From Patescibacteria group bacterium (GTDB lineage Bacteria > Patescibacteriota > Microgenomatia > Levybacterales > UBA12049): a DNA stretch of 45,086 bases. The position numbers and the translations under genes were made by a program. Of this stretch, positions 9,663 to 18,414 are shown piece after piece. The notes beneath the pieces are model-generated. The model had not been told where the DNA came from and ran no database searches. It was given only the letters and a program-made list of their open reading frames with translations. Where the stretch lies: the NCBI GenBank assembly GCA_035646815.1, contig DASRON010000025.1:1-45086 (forward strand), in the 5' to 3' direction. How positions within the stretch are numbered: position 1 is the stretch's first letter; each line of letters starts with the position of its first letter.

Positions 9663-10994
9663 ATGGCAGTAGCAGCAAAAACTCTCCCTCATAACGAAGA
9701 TGCAGAAGAAAGTGTATTGGGCGCAATTCTTATTGATAAAGATGCAGTAGGAACAGTTTCGGAAATAATATCTTCTCGTGATTTTTATAACGGTGTAAAC
9801 AGCATTATTTATGATGCAATGCTTTCTTTATATGAACAGAGTAAACCAATAGACGTAGTTACTCTAACTTCTCAACTTAAAAAAAATAAAACTTATGAAA
9901 AAGTAAAATCAGCTTATTTAGCAGAGTTAATTGAATCTGTTCCTACTGCAGCAAATGTTGCGCATTATGCAAACATTATTAAAGAAACTTCAATAAAAAG
10001 ATCGTTAATTAGAATGGGGGGAGACATTGCAGAGCTTGCATTTTCAGACGATAAAGAAATAAGTGAAATTATAGATAAAGCAGAGGCATCTGTTTTTTCT
10101 GTATCTCAAGGGCAGAATTTAAAAACATTTATTCCAATAAAGGAAGCGTTAGCAGGGAGCTTTGATCGAATTGATGAACTTCATAAAAAGGGTCAGGGGT
10201 TAAGAGGTGTAAAAACTGGATTTACAGATCTTGACAATCTTTTATCAGGATTTCAGGCTTCAAATTTAGTTATTCTTGCTGCAAGACCTGGTCAGGGAAA
10301 AACAGCAATGGTTGTAAATATGGCACAAAATATTGCGGTTACTGAAAAAAAACCAGTTGGAATTTTTTCTTTGGAAATGAGCCAAGAAGAACTCGTTGAC
10401 AGACTTTTAGTAGGTCAAGCTGACGTTGATGCCTGGAGACTTAAAACTGGTAAGCTTTCTGAAACTGATTTTACAAAGCTTTCTAACGCAATGGGAGTTC
10501 TTGCAGATGCTCCAATATTTATTGATGATACTCCGGGTATAACAATATCTGAAATGCGAACAAAAGCAAGAAGGCTTCAGCTTGAACATAATGTGTCTCT
10601 TTTAATTGTTGATTATCTTCAGCTTGCAGACCCAGGAAGACACTATGATAGTCGTGTTCAGGAAGTTTCTATGATTTCTCAATCTTTAAAAAAGCTTGCA
10701 AGAGAATTAAAAATTCCTATACTTGCAGTTTCTCAGTTGTCTCGTGCAGTTGAGCATAGAGGAGAAAAAAAACCTCAACTTGCTGACTTAAGAGAATCTG
10801 GAGCAATAGAACAAGATGCAGATGTAGTTATGTTTTTATATAGACCTGATTCGGAAACTTTTTCAAATGTTATGCAAACAAAATTACTTGTTGCAAAGCA
10901 CAGAAATGGACCTGTTGGGGAAATTGATTTACTTTTCCGTGGAGATAGGATAAAATTTTATAATGCGGAAACTAAAAGAGAAGGAGGTGATTAA
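9663..10994 (+). CDS. dnaB: replicative DNA helicase DnaB
   Basis: N-terminal PHNEDAEESVLGAIL, Walker A ARPGQGKT, and QLSRAVE / RESGAIEQDAD motifs. Confidence 0.92.
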   Translation: MAVAAKTLPHNEDAEESVLGAILIDKDAVGTVSEIISSRDFYNGVNSIIYDAMLSLYEQSKPIDVVTLTSQLKKNKTYEKVKSAYLAELIESVPTAANVAHYANIIKETSIKRSLIRMGGDIAELAFSDDKEISEIIDKAEASVFSVSQGQNLKTFIPIKEALAGSFDRIDELHKKGQGLRGVKTGFTDLDNLLSGFQASNLVILAARPGQGKTAMVVNMAQNIAVTEKKPVGIFSLEMSQEELVDRLLVGQADVDAWRLKTGKLSETDFTKLSNAMGVLADAPIFIDDTPGITISEMRTKARRLQLEHNVSLLIVDYLQLADPGRHYDSRVQEVSMISQSLKKLARELKIPILAVSQLSRAVEHRGEKKPQLADLRESGAIEQDADVVMFLYRPDSETFSNVMQTKLLVAKHRNGPVGEIDLLFRGDRIKFYNAETKREGGD

Positions 10995-10999
10995 GCGTA

Positions 11000-11164
11000 A
11001 TGGATAATAATTTCAACAATGATGGAGCAAATACTAATACAGTTCCTCAGCCATCTGATCCGGTACAAGGAGCACCTACGGGAGCACCTGAGCCTACACC
11101 AACACCTGGTGAAGTAGCTCAAGGACCTGTGGCAACAGATGATTCTGCCAATGGAAATGCTTAA
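11000..11164 (+). CDS. small acidic Pro/Ala/Thr-rich protein (54 aa, not in the ORF track)
   Basis: ATG 11000 lies 9 nt after AAGGAGGTGA (10981-10990). It translates to MDNNFNNDGANTNTVPQPSDPVQGAPTGAPEPTPTPGEVAQGPVATDDSANGNA. Confidence 0.3.
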   Translation: MDNNFNNDGANTNTVPQPSDPVQGAPTGAPEPTPTPGEVAQGPVATDDSANGNA

Positions 11165-11243
11165 TTAAAATTTGGAGTTAATTAAATTAATCTTTTAAGT
11201 TAAAGAAATAATTTAATAGATATAAATATTTGATAGGTTAATT

Positions 11244-11912
11244 TTGTCTAAATATAATCGAATTAATCTATTTGATATTTCAATGATGATATTTTCCCTA
11301 GATCAAGTTATACAGTGGATATTAGTATATAGGTATTTTATATTATTTCCGGTAATGGTTATTGAAGGACCAATTATAACTATTATTGCCGGATTTCTTT
11401 CTTCTCTAAAAATTTTAAATCCTATTATTGTCTATATTGTCATAGTTGCAGCAGACATAACTGGAGATTTTATTTATTATGCAATTGGCAGATGGGGAAG
11501 GGAAAGATTTATTGACAGGTGGGGAAAATATATTGGCTTAAATACGAGTAACATAGAAAAACTTGAAGGTTATTTTGAAAAACATACAAAGAAAACTCTA
11601 ATTTTTGGGAAAATTTCTCATGCAGTTGGTGCTCCAATTCTAGTTGCTGCAGGGATAGTAAGGCTTCCTCTTTGGGAATTTATTTGGTTTAATTTTTGGG
11701 CAACTCTTCCTAAGTCCTTTATATTTCTTATGATAGGTTTTTATTTTGGACAGGCGTATGTAAAACTTTCTAAATACCTAGATTATTTTACTATTGGAGT
11801 TTTAATCTTGGTATTTATCATTATTTTGTCGTACTATTGTTATAGTAAATTAAGGTTTAGATTTGAAAAGTTTATCTTAAGATTAAAATTAAAAAATATA
11901 TTTAAAATTTAA
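11244..11912 (+). CDS. DedA-family membrane protein
   Basis: VMVIEGPIITIIAGFLSS and DFIYYAIGRWGRE resemble the DedA/SNARE-associated core. The start (TTG 11244 versus the internal ATG about 40 nt downstream, MMIFSL) is uncertain. Confidence 0.65.
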   Translation: MSKYNRINLFDISMMIFSLDQVIQWILVYRYFILFPVMVIEGPIITIIAGFLSSLKILNPIIVYIVIVAADITGDFIYYAIGRWGRERFIDRWGKYIGLNTSNIEKLEGYFEKHTKKTLIFGKISHAVGAPILVAAGIVRLPLWEFIWFNFWATLPKSFIFLMIGFYFGQAYVKLSKYLDYFTIGVLILVFIIILSYYCYSKLRFRFEKFILRLKLKNIFKI

Positions 11913-11914
11913 AG

Positions 11915-13117
11915 ATGAGAATTGCTATTTATTCGGATAATTTTTATCCAGAGTTAAGTGGAATAACAGATACAATATTAACAACTGCAAAAGAATTGGC
12001 TAAATTAGGACATTTTATTAACTTCTTTGTTCCGTATTACAGTAAAAAAGATTATAAACAGGTAAATCTTTCTTTTGAAAAAGAAGTTTTTTTACATGAA
12101 AATATTAAAATAACTAGATTCTTTTCTTTTTCTTATCCAACTGGAACAAGACAAGGTAGACTGGTTGTTCCTACAGGACTTCGTTTTCTGAAAGTAAAAT
12201 TTTTTAATCCAGATATAATTCATACAAATCATATCGCAGGAGTGGGCATTGAGGGATTAATTGATGCAAAAATATTAAAAAAACCTTTGATTGGAACAAA
12301 TCACACACCAATAGTAGAGTTTATTAAATACAGTCCTATAAAAGCAAAATGGTTTAAGCGTGCAATGTCAAAATATGACGCTTGGTATTTTAATAAGTGC
12401 GATTTTGTCTCATCTCCTTCATGGGCTGTTTTACATGAAATGCAAAAATATGGATTTAATAGACCTTGTAAGCCAGTGTCAAACCCGGTTAATATTGAAA
12501 CATTCAAAAGTGTATCTGAAAAAGAGAGAAATACTCTTAAGAAAAAATATGGATTTTCTGATTTTGTACTTTATTACTGTGGGAGACTTGCTCAAGAAAA
12601 GCATATTGATTTAATGGTAAAGGCAGTTTCTGATCTTAAGGGTAAAATTCCTAGTATTAATTTAGTTATTGCTGGAAAAGGGTCAGAAGAAGAGAATTTA
12701 AAAAAACTAGTTAAAGAGCTTAATGTAGAAGATAGAGTAAAATTCTTTGGGTTTTTAAAGGAAACAAAAGATTTTGTAGAACTTTATAATGCAACTGATC
12801 TTTTTTTAATGCTGGGAACAGCTGAAACGCAAAGTATTGTTATGATGCAAGCAATGGCCACTCAAAATCCTGTTATAGGTGTAAATTCGTGGGGAATCGT
12901 TGACTACGTTAATGAAAAAAATGGTTTTTTGATAGAACCAAATGATCAAAAAGCCTTAAATGAAAAAATTCTTTATTTTTATAAAAATCCTGATCAAAAA
13001 AAACTGCTTGGAGAAGGGGGTAGGGAATTTGCGGAACAATTTTCAAGACAAAATATTGCAAAAATCTGGGAAGGAATCTATACGGATGTTATTAAAAAGC
13101 ATGGAAACAAAAGATAA
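11915..13117 (+). CDS. glycosyltransferase family 4 (GT-B)
   Basis: MRIAIYSDNFYPELSGI N-terminus and a C-terminal Glycos_transf_1-like segment (GRLAQEKHIDL...ETQSIVMMQAMA). Confidence 0.8.
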   Translation: MRIAIYSDNFYPELSGITDTILTTAKELAKLGHFINFFVPYYSKKDYKQVNLSFEKEVFLHENIKITRFFSFSYPTGTRQGRLVVPTGLRFLKVKFFNPDIIHTNHIAGVGIEGLIDAKILKKPLIGTNHTPIVEFIKYSPIKAKWFKRAMSKYDAWYFNKCDFVSSPSWAVLHEMQKYGFNRPCKPVSNPVNIETFKSVSEKERNTLKKKYGFSDFVLYYCGRLAQEKHIDLMVKAVSDLKGKIPSINLVIAGKGSEEENLKKLVKELNVEDRVKFFGFLKETKDFVELYNATDLFLMLGTAETQSIVMMQAMATQNPVIGVNSWGIVDYVNEKNGFLIEPNDQKALNEKILYFYKNPDQKKLLGEGGREFAEQFSRQNIAKIWEGIYTDVIKKHGNKR

Positions 13118-13138
13118 AACACGTTATAATAGGGCTTA

Positions 13139-14041
13139 ATGAAAATAAGCTTTGTTATTCCGGCTTATAACGAAGAAGAATATCTTGGGGATTGTATTGA
13201 GTCTATTTTTAAAGAAGCAGAAGGAAAGAGTTACAATCTCGAAGTTATTGTTGTCAACAATGCTTCAACAGATAAGACTAGAAAAGTAGCAACCTCTTAT
13301 AAAAACGTAAAAGTTATTGACGAGCCTAAGAAAGGTTTGGTTTTTGCAAGAAAAAAAGGATGTTTTGCATCATCAGGCGATCTTATTGCAAATATTGATG
13401 CAGATACAAGACTTACACCAGGATGGATAGATAGAGTTTTAAGTGAATTTTCTAATCCTAAAATTGTTGCCTTAAGTGGTCCGTTTATTTATTATGATTT
13501 ATCTGAAAAAATGAAGCTTATGGTTAAGCTTTTTTATTATTATGCATTTTCTCTTTATCTTTTAAGCACTCATATTTTTAATACTGGTTCAATGCTTCAA
13601 GGAGGAAATTTTGTTTTAAGAAAATCGGCATTTGAAAAATCAGGAGGTTATGATACTAAGCATTACAGTTTTTATGGTGAAGATGCATATATTGCAAAGC
13701 AAATGCATAGTCAGGGAATAGTTAGATGGACTTTTAGATTTCCTATTTACTCTTCTGGGCGAAGAATAGCTGCAGAAGGTCCTTTTACAATGATGGTTCG
13801 CTACACAATGAATTACTGCTGGGTTCTTTTATTTGGTAAACCTTTTACAAAAGATGTAGTGAATTTTAGATTTAAAAAAAAGAGAAAGCTCTTCATAAGA
13901 CCTAAGGATATAAGACAAGAATGGATAAGCGGAGCATTTACAATTGCAACCTTAATTATCTTGCCAATTGTTTTAATAATTTTATTAATCTATTCTCTTT
14001 ATGTGCTCCAAATTTACATACGTTTTTACGCTTCAAAATAA
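13139..14041 (+). CDS. glycosyltransferase family 2 with C-terminal TM tail
   Basis: ISFVIPAYNEEEYLGDCIESI and NIDADT (DxD-type) motifs. Confidence 0.8.
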   Translation: MKISFVIPAYNEEEYLGDCIESIFKEAEGKSYNLEVIVVNNASTDKTRKVATSYKNVKVIDEPKKGLVFARKKGCFASSGDLIANIDADTRLTPGWIDRVLSEFSNPKIVALSGPFIYYDLSEKMKLMVKLFYYYAFSLYLLSTHIFNTGSMLQGGNFVLRKSAFEKSGGYDTKHYSFYGEDAYIAKQMHSQGIVRWTFRFPIYSSGRRIAAEGPFTMMVRYTMNYCWVLLFGKPFTKDVVNFRFKKKRKLFIRPKDIRQEWISGAFTIATLIILPIVLIILLIYSLYVLQIYIRFYASK

Positions 14042-14046
14042 TACAT

Positions 14047-14075
14047 TTGACAGAAGTATCCTATAATAGTAAAAT
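14047..14075 (+). promoter_or_regulatory. consensus promoter directly after the GT2 stop
   Basis: TTGACA (14047-14052), 17-nt spacer, TAAAAT (14070-14075). An ATG at 14084 lies 8 nt downstream. Confidence 0.45.
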
Positions 14076-14087
14076 CACATCTTATGA

Positions 14088-14323
14088 GTAGAGAAAGAGA
14101 AAATAACGCAACAGTTATCAAAATTAGATCCCAATGGTTCTAAATGGGTAGAGATTGCCGAAGACAGTTTTAATTTCTCAATAAAGGCAGCAAGAAAATT
14201 TAAAGACAAAAATACGGTCACTGAAGACAAGAAATTGATTTTTAAGGTGGTTCGCTCGTACCTAAACCTAAAAACGGCTTGTCAGATCAATCTAATCTCG
14301 ATTTTTATCAAAAAAGTTCTCTA
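14088..14323 (+). pseudogene. ATG-less reading frame resembling the C-terminal tail of a large serine recombinase (decayed remnant)
   Basis: The 96-codon frame (14088-14378) has no start codon and runs into the tRNA on the other strand. WVEIAEDSFNFSIKAARKF...DKKLIFKVVRSYLNLK resembles the F-x-F-A...A...F...K+.IL..LGSNL.LKD tail I recall from CPR recombinases. Confidence 0.3.
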
Positions 14324-14410
14324 TGGTGCCGAGGGAGGGATTCGAACCCTCACGAGTTTAAAGCTCACGGGTTTTTGAGACCCGCGTGTCTACCATTCCA
14401 CCACCTCGGC
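14324..14410 (-). tRNA. tRNA-Leu (anticodon CAA), type II with long variable arm, CCA encoded
   Basis: The reverse complement reads GCCGAGG TG GTGG...CGGGT CTCAAAA ACCCG, then an 18-nt variable arm, then GGGTTCGAATCCC TCCCTCGGC ACCA. Length is 87 nt. Confidence 0.9.
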
Positions 14411-14418
14411 TCAATCTC

Positions 14419-14427
14419 ATTATACCA
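14419..14427 (-). promoter_or_regulatory. extended -10 promoter of tRNA-Leu
   Basis: The minus strand reads TGgTATAAT, with only 8 nt (gagattga) before the mature tRNA 5' end at 14410. Confidence 0.5.
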
Positions 14428-14456
14428 GAGTTAGGCTTTATTTTTTAGCTCTCAGG

Positions 14457-14465
14457 TGTTAAAAT
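14457..14465 (+). promoter_or_regulatory. extended -10 promoter of the NIF3-efp block
   Basis: TGtTAAAAT; ATG 14473 is 7 nt downstream. Confidence 0.45.
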
Positions 14466-14472
14466 ACTCTTT

Positions 14473-15432
14473 ATGATGACACTAAGTGAGATATATGAGC
14501 TGGCAATTGAGATGGGATCAAAAGCAGATCCTAGGGGAACTGCGGGTGTAAAAGCTGCTCTTGTGCGGGTAAAAAAAAATTACGAAGAACTTTCTGATAA
14601 AAAAAAGAGCTTTTTTGATAAAGAATCTCTTAAAAATCCCTATGCTGATTCAAGAATTCTTTTTGGTGATTTAAAAACAAAGATTGGGAAAATAATTACA
14701 GGAATTGATATTACAACAGGAGAAGTTGTTTTGGTAGATAGACTAAATCAAAAAGGAGAGAAAATTGACCTTGTAATAGGACATCACCCAGAAGGACAAG
14801 CATTAGTTGCTTTAGATGAAGTAATGGATCTACAAGTAGATGTGCTGTCTCAGCTTGGTGTTCCTGTTAACATTGCAGAGTCACTTCTTAGCGAAAGAAT
14901 AAGTCAAGTGAAAAGAGGACTTGGCCCTGCTAACCATTTTCAAAGTGTTGACGCTGCAAGACTTTTAAATATTCCTTTTATGGTAATTCATACAATTTGG
15001 GATAATCTTGGCTATGATTTTCTCTTAAAGCATTTAGCAAAGAAGAAATTAGAAACAGTAGGAGAAGTTATAGATGCAATTGAAGAAATACCTGAATTTG
15101 CTGAGGCAAAAAAATACAATACTGGTCCAAAGATTACTTCAGGTTCAAGAAAAAACAGAGCAGGAAAAGTTGCTGTAACAGGCTTTACTGGTGGAACATC
15201 AGGTTCAAAGTTAATTTATGAAAAAATGGCTCATGCAGGACTTGGGACAATTGTTGAAATGCACATGAATGAATCTCATCATGAAGAAGCAAAAAAGCAT
15301 CATTTAAATACAATTGTTTCAGGGCATATGGCTTCGGATTCATTGGGAGCAAATTTGTTTCTCGATCAACTTGAAAAAAGAGGAGTAAAAGTAATTCCTT
15401 TCTCCGGATTAATAAGAGTTAAAAGAAAATAA
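14473..15432 (+). CDS. NIF3 (DUF34) family dinuclear-metal protein
   Basis: IDLVIGHHPEG and the C-terminal SGHMASDSLG parallel the HH...GHHATE motifs of YbgI/NIF3. Confidence 0.55.
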   Translation: MMTLSEIYELAIEMGSKADPRGTAGVKAALVRVKKNYEELSDKKKSFFDKESLKNPYADSRILFGDLKTKIGKIITGIDITTGEVVLVDRLNQKGEKIDLVIGHHPEGQALVALDEVMDLQVDVLSQLGVPVNIAESLLSERISQVKRGLGPANHFQSVDAARLLNIPFMVIHTIWDNLGYDFLLKHLAKKKLETVGEVIDAIEEIPEFAEAKKYNTGPKITSGSRKNRAGKVAVTGFTGGTSGSKLIYEKMAHAGLGTIVEMHMNESHHEEAKKHHLNTIVSGHMASDSLGANLFLDQLEKRGVKVIPFSGLIRVKRK

Positions 15433-15438
15433 TAAGAT

Positions 15439-15993
15439 ATGATTTCAGTTACAGATCTTCGAGCAGGAATCGTTTTTGAAGACCAAGGAAGTATTTTCCA
15501 GGTAATTTCATATGAACATGTTAAAATGGGTAGGGGGAGCGCTAATATCAAGGTTAAAGTTAAAAATCTTAGAACAGGGTCAACAACAGAAAAAAGCTTT
15601 ACGAATGGTGCAAAAGTAAAACCAGTATCAGTTTTTAAAAGAGATCTTCAGTACTTATACAAAGATAGTGATTTTGCTTATTTTATGAATCCTAAGACGT
15701 TTGAGCAGGTGAATATGCAGCTTGATATTGCAGACGGGCATAACTTCTTAAAGGAAGGGGATAATTTTTCAATATCTTTTTTAGACGATGAACCTCTTTC
15801 TTTAAATCTTCCTTCAAAAATGGAATTATTAGTTTCAGAAACAGGCCCTGCATTTAAAGGAAATTCTGCTACAAATGTTTTTAAAGATGCAATTTTGGAA
15901 AATGGAGTGAAAACAAAAGTTCCACCTTTTATTAAAATAGGAGATAAAATCAGAGTTGACACCAGAACTGGTGAATATACTGAAAAAGCTTAA
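15439..15993 (+). CDS. efp: elongation factor P
   Basis: MISVTDLRAGIVFE...HVKMGRGSANIKVKVKNLRTG aligns position for position with B. subtilis EF-P ([21 protein letters not shown]). Confidence 0.9.
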   Translation: MISVTDLRAGIVFEDQGSIFQVISYEHVKMGRGSANIKVKVKNLRTGSTTEKSFTNGAKVKPVSVFKRDLQYLYKDSDFAYFMNPKTFEQVNMQLDIADGHNFLKEGDNFSISFLDDEPLSLNLPSKMELLVSETGPAFKGNSATNVFKDAILENGVKTKVPPFIKIGDKIRVDTRTGEYTEKA

Positions 15994-15998
15994 AAACT

Positions 15999-16679
15999 AT
16001 GCAGTTTTTTATATTAGTCCTTTTAATTTGTCTTTTTGTTTTCCTATACGTTGTTTATAGTTTGTCTAAGGATGACTTAGTTATTTTAAGAAAAAACGTT
16101 TCTATAGAATCTCTTTTTAACACGATTTTTTTAATGGCGTTTTTTTCTCTTTTTTTTAGTAGACTACTATTTGTTTTAAATAATCCCAGGCCTGTTCTCC
16201 ATACTATTTTAGGATTTGTGCTTTTTCCATATTTTCCAGGACTTTCTCTTTCAGGTGGTCTTATAGGAGGATTATTATTTTCTTATTTTTATTTAAAGAA
16301 TAGGAAAATGCCGCTTGGAAGAATTTTGGACTTTTTTTCTTTAGGAATGCTTACAATTCTTCCTATTGGATATTTGGGAGAAATTATTTTAACTGGTTTT
16401 TCCTTAAGACCCTTAGTGTTGTTTTTATTATATTTTATTGGGTCAGTATTAATGCTTAGATTGCTTTTTCCACTATTTTTAAGAGGAAGAATAAAAGATG
16501 GTTCGCTTTCTTTAATTTTAATAACTTTAGTTTCTTTTTTTACATTAGGAGGTTGGTTTTTAGATAATAATAACTTTTCGAAATTTATTGGAACAGAAAA
16601 TATCTCTTTTATCATTATTATTTGTTTTACTTTAGGTTTGTTTATATTTAAAGAATTTATCTCTTTACCTAAGAAATGA
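15999..16679 (+). CDS. polytopic membrane protein, weakly Lgt-like
   Basis: GLSLSGGLIGGLLFSYFYLKNRKMPLGRILDFFSLGM resembles the Lgt central region. The GRLGNF-type motif is not clear. Confidence 0.35.
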   Translation: MQFFILVLLICLFVFLYVVYSLSKDDLVILRKNVSIESLFNTIFLMAFFSLFFSRLLFVLNNPRPVLHTILGFVLFPYFPGLSLSGGLIGGLLFSYFYLKNRKMPLGRILDFFSLGMLTILPIGYLGEIILTGFSLRPLVLFLLYFIGSVLMLRLLFPLFLRGRIKDGSLSLILITLVSFFTLGGWFLDNNNFSKFIGTENISFIIIICFTLGLFIFKEFISLPKK

Positions 16680-17410
16680 ACATACACATCCTTTATGAAG
16701 ACGAAGATATTTTAGTTTTAGATAAACCTGCAGGAATTACGGTAAATAAATCACAAACTACAAAAGACGAAATAACAGTTCAAGATTTTTTAGAAAAAAA
16801 ACTTAATATAAACTCTGAAAAATATTTGGACAAAGATGTTTCGGATTTTTATAAAAGAGCAGGAATTGTTCATAGACTTGATAAAGAAACATCAGGGGCG
16901 TTAATTGTAGCAAAGAATCAAGAATCTTTTGAAAATCTTCAGGCTCAATTTAAAGCAAGAGAGGTAAAAAAGACATACCTCGCCCTTGCACATGGAACAA
17001 TATTTCCAGAAAAAGGGGAGATTAAAGCTCCTGTTGGGAGACTTCCTTGGAATAGAAAACGTTTTGGAATTTTAGCAGGAGGAAGAGACTCTATAACAAA
17101 GTATCAAGTTATTTCAGTTTTCAAGTCAAAAAGATTAAAAAGTAATGAAAGCTTAACTCTTGTAGAGCTATATCCTGAAACAGGTAGAACACATCAAATA
17201 AGAGTTCATCTAAAATACATTAATAATCCTATTTTTTCTGATTATTTATACGCAGGAAGAAAGACATCAAGAGAAGACAGAAAATATCTAGCAAGAGTTT
17301 TTTTGCATGCATTAAGAATATCTTTTCATCATCCGATAAGTAATAAAGTCCTTACTATAGAGAGTCCTTTATCGATTGAGCTTCAAAAAACATTGGATGA
17401 TCTCAAATAG
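16676..17410 (+). CDS. RluA-family pseudouridine synthase (no S4 domain)
   Basis: HRLDKETSGALIVAKN catalytic motif. The start is ATGA-coupled to the upstream stop. Confidence 0.85.
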   Translation: MNIHILYEDEDILVLDKPAGITVNKSQTTKDEITVQDFLEKKLNINSEKYLDKDVSDFYKRAGIVHRLDKETSGALIVAKNQESFENLQAQFKAREVKKTYLALAHGTIFPEKGEIKAPVGRLPWNRKRFGILAGGRDSITKYQVISVFKSKRLKSNESLTLVELYPETGRTHQIRVHLKYINNPIFSDYLYAGRKTSREDRKYLARVFLHALRISFHHPISNKVLTIESPLSIELQKTLDDLK

Positions 17411-17459
17411 AATTGTAAAACTTCTTTTTTTCCACTACCATATTAAATAAGGGGATTTT

Positions 17460-18260
17460 ATGAAACAAAGAGGGAAGCCAAAGAAAAACAATTTTAAAAT
17501 AGCTATCATTTTTATAACTATCATTTTTTTTCTTATTTTTATTTCTCTTCTGCTGAAATTAATAGTTCTTTTTAAAGATAGTAAGTTTGATGGCAATCAT
17601 CGTTTTACAGTTGCAGTTGTTAAAGATGATAAAACAGATATCATATCGCTTTCTCCTGAGAATAAGACAATATCTCTTTTATTAATAGATGGGAAAGTAG
17701 ATAACATAAATAGTTTTTTAAAGATTCCGATAGATGCATTTATTTATTCTTCGAATTTAAATATTTCCCGAAGTAATATTCCATCAAGTTTTTTTAAAGA
17801 GATGTTTGATCTAAACAGAAATTATTCAGGAATAACCGTAATCGATCTTCTTAGGCTTTCGTATTTTGCTAATTCATTGCCGTCAACATCAATATATGAG
17901 AAAAATGCTTCAAAAGAGGATGATGAGCCTAGGATAAGCTCTTTAATTGATTCATTCTTTACTGATCAGAGGATTCTTTCAGAGAAAAAAAGAGTACAGA
18001 TTGTAAATGGAACAGATGTTTCAGGGATTGGAAATAGATTGGCAAACGTAATCAATAATATGGGAGGAGATGTAATTCTTGTTTTAAATTCTGAAAAAGA
18101 AGAGAGTAAATCAAAAATCATTTATTTTGGCGATAAGACCTATACTGTTAATAAGTATGCTTCGTTTTTAGGGTATCAGACTGAAGAAGGTAGAGAGCGA
18201 TCTATTGCAGATGTTATAATTATAATAGGAGAAGACAAAATTTCTGAATTTAAGTACTAA
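17460..18260 (+). CDS. membrane-anchored LytR_C domain protein
   Basis: N-terminal TM segment. The C-terminal RVQIVNGTDVSGIGNRLANVINNMGGDVI fits LytR_C. Confidence 0.6.
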   Translation: MKQRGKPKKNNFKIAIIFITIIFFLIFISLLLKLIVLFKDSKFDGNHRFTVAVVKDDKTDIISLSPENKTISLLLIDGKVDNINSFLKIPIDAFIYSSNLNISRSNIPSSFFKEMFDLNRNYSGITVIDLLRLSYFANSLPSTSIYEKNASKEDDEPRISSLIDSFFTDQRILSEKKRVQIVNGTDVSGIGNRLANVINNMGGDVILVLNSEKEESKSKIIYFGDKTYTVNKYASFLGYQTEEGRERSIADVIIIIGEDKISEFKY

Positions 18261-18262
18261 AT

Positions 18263-18409
18263 ATGTTTATAAAACTTACAATATTAATTGCTATAGTTTC
18301 TTTATTAATGTCTTTAAATTCATTAAGAAAGGAAAGTTCTAAATCAGAACTAAAAAAAGCAAAACATAAGCTTTCTAAAGGAAGAGTAATATTTCAAAGC
18401 AAAAATTAG
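18263..18409 (+). CDS. possible 48-aa single-TM protein (not in the track)
   Basis: The ATG lies 2 nt after the upstream stop. It translates to MFIKLTILIAIVSLLMSLNSL followed by a basic tail. Confidence 0.25.
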   Translation: MFIKLTILIAIVSLLMSLNSLRKESSKSELKKAKHKLSKGRVIFQSKN

Positions 18410-18414
18410 CTACT

